The notes below the pieces were generated by a model, which saw nothing but the letters and a program-made list of their open reading frames with translations, had not been told where the DNA came from and ran no database searches. Made by a program: the position numbers and the translations under genes. A stretch of 64,000 bases of DNA from Laetmonice hystrix (lineage: Eukaryota): contig OZ249436.1 of assembly GCA_965235115.1 (NCBI GenBank), positions 11,408,001 through 11,472,000 of the forward strand. Reading direction: 5' to 3'. Below are positions 54,001-63,000 of the stretch, one piece after another. Every line of letters begins with the position of its first letter. The first letter of the stretch is position 1.

Positions 54001-57000
54001 CTCTTGTAAAACAGCAGGACTTGTAACAAAGTGACGGGGAAATCAGAGGTTGCGTTAGGAACACAGCAATCCACCTTTAAAACGGTAACGTTGAAGGTGG
54101 TCAGAGAGTCCAAAACAGCTATAGGTGGCAGCAAGGCTATGTGCTGAAACGTGATGCCATCATTCCTTGAATAAGACTGGACTACTTTCTCTTGAGATTG
54201 GTAACTCTGACAGTACCCACGATATGATCCATTCAACAACAACAAACAAGAGCATCTCCCCAATATCTATCCCCACCCAACTGGTCTCATCACAAGGCGG
54301 TCACGTTAGCCACTAGGTGGCACCAGCGTCTCTCCCCCTGGCGGCAGTCCTGGCTGTAACTCCATGCCCATGTACCTCCGACACACAGAACTACTTGAAC
54401 ACTCACGTTAATGTCGGCATCCCTGGCGAGGACCTGCTTGACGACAGTACCAACGTCTACGTTCCGCTTGATTGAAGCCACGTACGGAGTCGCCTCAAAC
54501 TTGGGACTGTTGAGGTTACGAGCGACGTTTACCGTCACGCGAGCATTCTGGTTACTGGACAGACTTGGCATACCCTTGTCTCTGGCTTGGATGGTCAACT
54601 GGAAAACACCAACACAACCTCGTGAAGTTTGATAATCCTTTCATATACCTTTCCTCGAAAAAATCAAATCAATTTTGTGCCTCTATGGATTAAAATCAGA
54701 GTAATATTTTAACTAGAATACTGACACTGTATCTAGCGTTGGTGTCGCTCGCCAAATCCTTCCTGACAGATACTTCGCCTGTGTCCTCGTTAACGATGAA
54801 AAACCTCTGGGCGAGAGTGTCCGATATGAGGTAATACTGCACCACATTGTGAGGTTCCTATCCGAACACAAACAACATCATTAATTCACCAGCAGATTGA
54901 TCTGGGCTATGTAGTCATGAAAGTAGGCCTACTTATCCTTATAAAGGTGCATTTACGGGAGGTTTCCCCAAAATAATGTCGTCCTAAAGCAGAAACTGGA
55001 ACTAATTCATTATACGAAGGTGGTCCCTCTTGGACATCACCCAAAAGAACACTGGATTTTTTAGGCGACATTTGTATACATGAGTTGCCATTTTCCCCAA
55101 AAGATGAAGCGTGTCGGCTCACCTGTTGGTCGGTGTCGGTGGCAGCCACCTTGGTAATGGGAGTGCCCAGTTCCTGTGTGTACAGTATGTTAACGGTAAG
55201 ACTTGTCTGACTGAAGCGGGGAGCGTTCAGGTTACGGTTGACGGTAATCTTAACGATGGCGACGTCTGATTGGAAGGGAGTGCCGTTATCGAAGGCTTCC
55301 ACACGGATCTGATACTCCGTCTCTGTGTCCTCGCGTAGTGAAGACTTTAACTTGATGTCTCCCGTACGGTCATCGATTTGGAAGAACGTTGGCGCTGAGT
55401 CGTCGCCAATTATCCTGTAGCGTACCACTCCAAAACGCTCCTATAAAATAACACAATTAGTTTACGCTGTAGTTTTTCAGGAACTCAAAGAATAAAAAGT
55501 TCTGTTGATTTTCATTTAAACTACAATATTAATTCATCGTACATTTCTTAAAACAATAATTCAAAGGATATCAAGGAAATCACATCCTTCAGTAAGAACC
55601 TTTCAAATAGTGAATAACAAGTCGATCTAAGTTATTTTTCCATTCATCAGCGTTCAAAGCCCCAGACCCATGCCAGGGATGCTAAGGTTACCTGTGGGTC
55701 CCTGTCGTTGGCCTTGACTTGGACGATGCGGCGGCCAGTCTCCTGGTTCTGGGTGATGGATGCGGCATACACTTCCTTCTCAAACTTGGGCGGGTTGTCA
55801 TTACGAACCACTTCAATGTTTACTGTCGCGTTGTCACTCGTCCGCTGGGGCGTGCCCAGGTCCTTGGCTATGATCCGGAACTGTTAATAACATGAGACAT
55901 AAACCAATTATATAACTCAAAAGGAAACAAGAAAAAGAAAGATTTATTGATTGACTGTATGATGGGGTCACTAAACCTGCTATGTGTCTTACCCTATAAA
56001 GCTTGACCCGGTCCTCGTCATTCAGCAATGATTTCTTCACAGCGATGTCCCCCGTGTCCTCGTCCACCTCAAAGAACTCCAAAGCTTTGGTGTCTCCAGT
56101 GGCCTCGTAGAAGAATTGGTTGTTTGGTGCCTACAAAACGGCAGATTCAGATTATAAATATCGTCCAGGTCAGAGATAAAAATAGGAAAGGAAAGACATC
56201 TTGAAAACTGCGGCACATTCAGGCTGCCCAGAGTCAGTACTCTCTTTTGGCGCCAGTTTGTCTTCCAGTTTGTCTTCCAGTCAAATTCCAGATAATCCCC
56301 CTACTGGCGTCATTTTCTGCCAACCTTTTCTTTTGAAACCAAACTTCCCCCCTTTTAGATTCGCCCCTGTGAGTGATATGCAATCATTCAGAAAACTGAA
56401 GATATAGATAGGGAGACGTACCGCCCTGTCTCTGTCGCGTGCGGCCACCTTGTGGAAGTATACACCCTGTGGCTGGGTCTCCGGGATTTTCACAGTGTAA
56501 TCGGTTTGTACCCAGGTCGGGGAGAAGAAGTTTCTCAAGACTGTGACGTAAACAATGGCGGTGGCACTCCGGGGTGGGTTACCGCTGTCCTGGGCAACCA
56601 CTCGAATCTGGATCCAACAAAAGGGTTTGTCAGTAAAGACAAAAGACTTAACATTAGAGCTTGTTTCCCGTAGTCAACTTCTACAAAGCAAAGGTGTAAT
56701 TGTCCTCACTGCAATTCACATTCAAAGGAACGGGCAATAATATACAATGATTGCTTTTTCATGAAATGATATTGTTGATATCTGTGAAACACTCCCTGAG
56801 TTTAAACCTTCCCGCCAGAAGAGATTTTACCCTATAGAGTTCTGTAGTTTCTCTCTCCAGTGAAGACTTTGTCGTCAGGGTACCAGTCTCAGCGTTGATC
56901 GCAAAGAAGCTCGGAGCAGTGTCATCTCCAATGATTCCGTACGTGACGGTCTTAAAGTCCTCCTGAAAACGTCACAGCAACAAGAAAAATGATTCTTCAA

Positions 57001-60000
57001 TTCAACAACAAGCTTAAGCTAATTATTCTAATCTTAATGTTATAAGTTATGAGGACTCACGGCCGTATCAGCGTCCTTGGCTTGCACGGAGACGACCCTA
57101 TGTCCTGACGGGACGTCCTGCCGGATGGTGGCCGTGTAGGATGTGTTGAAGAAGATCGGGTCGTTCGTGTTACGGACTACCGTCACACGTACGGTGGCAC
57201 GGTTAACGGCCCGCTTCGATGTCGGTTGACCTCTGTCCTTGGCGCTAATCTCCAGCTACGAGAGTCAAGGTCATTCAGTTAACGGTCATTTCTCCATGGC
57301 AAATGTTTTTTGTCTATAAACCGGCTATATCTTTGCTATCGATTCAAAATACTGATTACAAATAAATTCAAGTTAAAAATGTTCATGTATCCTATCCTTC
57401 CCTCCCCTTACTTTATTGTAGACTAATTGTTTAAAAGTCAAACACTGACTGTGTAACGTGTTCTACGCTCAGGATCCAAGACGACAGATTTCTTCAGACT
57501 TATGTGTCCTGTGTCCTCATTGACCATGAAGTATTCCAAGGCCGTGCTGTCCCCAGTCAGTGTGTACGTGACGTCTTTATGAGGAGCCTACAACCACCAA
57601 ACACAATCTTACACACCCTCCGGTATCTGTGTTACACGAAAACAGATTTAACCTAACTTAAAGGGAAATAGAGCTGAGTCCAGTTTCTTTTTCAAAACTC
57701 AAGTTCTTGCTTTTGCGTACGCTAAAGCTTCTTGAAGCTAAAGTTACTGATTAGATGGCTGAAGCAAGAACTAAAAAACTTAAGTTTTGGGTGCTAGTTT
57801 CTTTCTGTACCGACCTGGACGTCTCCGTCGGCGGCAGTGACCCGGATGAAGGACGAAGACAGAGGCTCGTTGTCCTGGATGGTGGTACGGTACGTCTCGG
57901 TCTCAAACCTGGGTGCGTTCAAGTTACGGTTGACAGTAACCGTCACCAGACCCTCAGCGCTTCGTTCACCACCGTCTGTCGCCCTCACACGTACCTGGTG
58001 GTCACACGCACAGTAATCAGGTTATATGTGTGGTAATCAGAGAATAAAATTCTCTTGAGTTTTACTGCAGGACCTTCGGAAGGAGAGTCTGGTTTTGGCT
58101 AATAGTTTGGTACTTGATACTTGGTGTCGATAATTTTATACTCACGACATAACCGAGGTCTTGGTCCTCACGAAGACTCCGGGCGATGGAGATCTTGCCA
58201 TTCGTTTTGTCAATCTTGAAGTAGCGTGGTGCCTTTCCATCCCCAACAATTTCAAACTCAATCTTGTTGAAAGGCGCCTGAAAAATTGAGTAAACAAAAA
58301 ATATATCATGCCTATGTCACCAGTTATTCAGTTATTGTAAGCTTATTTCACTTGCTTCCAGTTTTCTGTTACTAAAATTCTGTCGGATATAACTCAGTAA
58401 GTGACATTCGTTGGTGTTCCTGTCCCTGTAAGCGGATATAACTCAGTGACTTACGTTGGTGTCCCTGTCCCTGGCGGTGACCTGAAGAACCTCCTCATTG
58501 ACAGCCCGTGTGAAGTCGATATTCTTGGCGTACTGAGGAGGTGTGAACTCGGGAGCGAAGTTATTACGAATCACATTGACGGTCACCTGAGCTGTGGAAC
58601 TCAATGATGGCTCTCCCAGATCACTGGCCATCACCGTAAGCTGGAACAGGGTGGCGGAGACGTTGTACATCTAAGGTTCCATCCATCTATATGTTATGGT
58701 TCCATTAGAACAATACACGTTTCGTAATACGTAATTTCTGGTCAAGTTATGTTTCTCCCGCAGTACTTACCACATAGCGGGAAGTTTCCTTGTCCGTTGT
58801 GACGGGCCTGCTGACGGTAATCGCGCCACTCTCAGGGGAGATGTAGAAGAAGTTCTGTCCTGAGTTGGGGTTCACTGTACGGATGGAGTAGCGTATCTCA
58901 CTGTTAGGTCCCTCGGGATCCTTGTCCTCTGCCTTCACCTGAACGACCTGAGTGCCAGGAGACACAGTCTCCAACAGGTTCGGGGCTGTGTAAGATGCTT
59001 TCTCGAAGGCAGGAGTGAAATCGTTTTGATCCTGGAAACAAACAAGACAAGACATAAGAAAGAGGCTCGTGCTATACAGAGTGTTTCCCATCTATTATGG
59101 TGACCTTACTTTATACGTAAGTCAGTTTTAATGAAAGCGGACAATTCTAGTATTAAAAATGATAAAAAGGTTTATGAAACCAGAACAAGATGGTTGCAAG
59201 GGGACCTCACCAGTACGGAGATAGAGACAGTAGCTGAGTACTCGGGACTGTTCTGTCCGCTGGCCTCACGGGTTGATACGACCAGAGTATATTGTTTCTG
59301 TCTCTCGTAGTCCAGTCCCTGGCTAGTGGTCAGTTTACCGGACCCCTCCTCCAACCGGAAGCGACCCGTATCTCCCCGTACGATGGCGTAAGTGATAGAC
59401 TTCTTCTCGTCCTGGTCCACAGCCTGGTCACAAATCACGCAGTACAATCAAATAACCTTCTCAACTAACAATTTCAAAGAATGTTTACTAATTGTTATAT
59501 CATATAGAATGGTAACAAATATCAAGAAAATAGGACTAATGGTCAGGATTAGCTTGGTTTGTTGTGGTCCCATCAAATTTCGTGGACATGTTCTGAGGGT
59601 GTATCTCCTAACTGAGCTAGAAGTTCAAATTGTTTCCAGCAGCTCGCTGGTTGTTGGCGCCGTTTACTCACCTCCACCGTGGTGACCAGGTACCCTGGCT
59701 TGTTCTCCGGTACCTGGGCCACATAGAGTTTGGTTGGGAAGACTGGTAGGACATCCTCGACGTCAATAACCTTGATGGTGACGGCAACGACAGTGGCCCG
59801 CTGATCGAAACCAGTATCAGTGGCTGTCACTAACAATATGTGTTCCTTCTGGTCCTCGTAATCTAACGGTTGGCTTGTCCTGATCTGTCCGTTCGTCTCA
59901 CCGATCGTGAAGAAACTAGAGACAAGACCAAGGTCATTATAGGCCATGTTCATGCGTACATTCAGGGAATACAGAAAATGTAGCTTCCTTGATGCTCATC

Positions 60001-63000
60001 AAATATCATCTTTTGATAACCTTTATTCGTAATAAAATAAACATTAATCAGTCTAGTTATTCAAGGTTGAAGATGAACTGACCCGTTGGAAGATGGCACC
60101 GAGTACTTGATGACCTTGTTGTTGCCGACATCAGCATCCGTGGCTGAGACAGTGCCCACAAATTCGTTGTTCTTGTTCTCACGTACACTGAACTCAACGG
60201 GTTGTTTGGTAACGAAGACAGGGCTGTTGTCGTTAATATCGGTGACTGTGATCGACAGGGTCGTGGTGGCAGACTGAAGTAACAATAACAGTTATGGTAT
60301 ATGACATTCCTGTTATTTTCTCTCTTTTGTTTTCATTCGTGTATTTAAAATAAACCGGTACTGGAATGCAGTACAAACTTGCTGGATGGAAACTTACTCT
60401 CTCGGGGTTGTCATCCTGAGCTTTGATCTTGAGGGCGTAACTGCCTTTGGTTTCACGATCGAGAAGTTTGGTGGTGCTGATCACACCCCTGAAAACCAAC
60501 CAAACGAACAACGTGAAATAAGACACATCAAATTTATATACTGATTCACCAAGGAGTATCTAAAGACACAGCAACAAGACAATTCACACAAACCAGCCAC
60601 ACTTACTTTGTTCTGTCTATCGCGAAAACCTCTCCAGTATTGCCTTCATAAATGGCGAATACCAGATTGTCTCCCTCCGGATCTGTAGCCTGTACAAGGT
60701 GGGAAATAAAAATGTTTTACTCTCATGTACAAAACACCACCCACCCCTTAATACTACACAGTCGGACTCTAATATAACGGTCATTCTTCCATTCACTAAT
60801 AATGAACACATCCAACGTCCTACGGTTCCATGTGTACTAAGATCTCCTAGGCTGTGACCCGGCACACTGAGATCAATTGTAAGTTGTATATGATCTCCTA
60901 GGCTGTGACCCGGCACACTGAGATCGATTGTAATTAATGGTATGAGTACTAATGACCACGTACGGGTACGGTGAAGACCTCCGAGCCGACGAGCACGCCC
61001 TCACTGAGGGACACAGTGTACTGAGGTGCCGGGATGATCGGACCCAGGTTCTTGTCGAGTTCCACCTCCACCGTGACCAGTGTCAGTGACTCTCTCCTCA
61101 CTCTCTGCGGCGCCTGGTCCTCAGCCTCCACTGTGATGATATATTGCTCACCACGCTTGACGACAGCTGTTACTGAGATCTGACCAGAGGTAGCGTCGAT
61201 AGAGAACTTGTTACCGCCGTCATTGGATACTGATTGGATGCCGTACCGTACCTGACCGAACGCACCGTCATCAGCGTCGGTCGCCTCAACCTGACCGGGG
61301 CAAACGGAATCGTGGTAAACGTCATTTTGCAGAACTTTCAAAAAAATGTTATGTAACGTGTTTGTCTTATTGTTCTGTTTTATTTCTACCAGATTTCTAC
61401 CTTTTTTTTAGCAATTCAATAATAATAGTATAATGTCAAAAGGCAGATCCAAGGATGGTTCAGGAGGTACAGACCCCTTGTAACTAGTTTTTTTAAAGCC
61501 CCCCCCCCCCCAGTAGAAATCCCTGCTACGTACCTTGACGACCGGCCTGCGTCCCTCGCCCTCCTTGATGGTGACCGAGTAACCTGAGGGCGGGAATTTT
61601 GGAGCATTGTCGTTCTGGTCGAGTACGGTAACAGTGATGTCTGCCGTACTCGACTTGGGCGTCTCCACTCCGGCCTCGGTAACGATCGCCCGGAATGACA
61701 CCTTCTTCAGCGTCTCGTAATCCAGGTCGTCCACATTGAGTGCCACGAAACCATCCTTGGTGATGGTAAACATACCAGTGCCGTCCACCCGGTAGTTAAA
61801 CACCATGTCGGGATCATCTTCAGTCTGGGTAGTTCAAGTCAAATTACGTATCAGAAGAATGCATGAAGTGTTTCAAGAAAATAACAAGTAAAAGCATTAC
61901 GAGGGAAATCTTTGTGAACAAAGTCAGAGTTTGACTCCTAACATTCAAGTATTATCGGAACCACCCTGTTACAGGTCTTTCACTATCTGCCCTCTATGTT
62001 TCCTCTGACCGACTTCTGTCGAGGAACCGGGATACCAGGAACAAGACAATATTCAAGTCTGTAGGAGCCTCAACTCAACCACCTGTTAACTTTACTGTGA
62101 ATACAGACATATAAAGGTTACCTGTAAATATTCATTGTGGTTTTTCTAAGGATGGAGCATATAATTATAGGCGGGACACTTCATAGATTCTGCCCCAATC
62201 GAGCCAACTAGTGAGGCCGGCGACGACAGTCATTCTTCCCTCGCATACAAAAAGATAGGGATCTCCCTGACCTCGGATGGCACTTACAGGATTATACATA
62301 ATGACGCTACTTAACATAGATCTGAGGTTCTAAACATACTGTGAGTCTAAAATCAAGTTAGCATCTGTTTCTTTTATAAACTACTGACGCCGCCTTTCCA
62401 GAAAGAACACTGGCGACTGTTCTCCGTCAGACGTGTGTCTAATTTAAATGTTTCAATCAGTGAGCCATGGGCCTAGAAACGTTTCCAATGAGACAGTGTC
62501 ACTCAGTGAGCCGTGGGCATGGACACGTTTCCAATGAGACGGTGTCACTCGGTGAGCCGTGGGCCTGGAAACGTTTCCAATAAAACGGTGTCACTCAGTG
62601 AGCCGTGGGCCTGGAAACATTTCACAGAAAAGGTGTCACTCGGTGAGCCGTGGGCCTAGAAACGTTTACATTTAGACGGTGTCACTCAGTGAGCCGTGGG
62701 CCTGGAAATGGTTCACAGAGACGGTGCCACTCAGTGAGCCATGGGCCTGGAAATGGTTCACAGAGAAGGTGTCACTCAGTGAGCCGTGGGCCTGGAAACG
62801 GTTCACAGAGAAGGTGTCACTCAGTGAGCCATGGGCCTGGAAACATTTTACACAGAAAGTGTCACTCAGTGAGCCATGGGCCTGGAAACATTTTACACAG
62901 AAAGTGTCACTCAGTGAGCCGTGGGCCTGGAAACGGTTCACAAAGAAGGTGTCACTCAGTGAGCCATGGGCCTGGAAATGGTTCACGGAGACGGTGTCAC

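Noticed and set aside
57694-57788. Inverted repeat (agttcttgctt/aagcaagaact) near the E14 donor, plus a 10-nt complement at 58054
   Set aside because: Short and AT-rich; compatible with chance or a decayed foldback element
180-61607. Numerous short plus-strand ORFs antisense to exons
   Set aside because: Shadow ORFs of GC-richer cadherin exons; no independent gene structure
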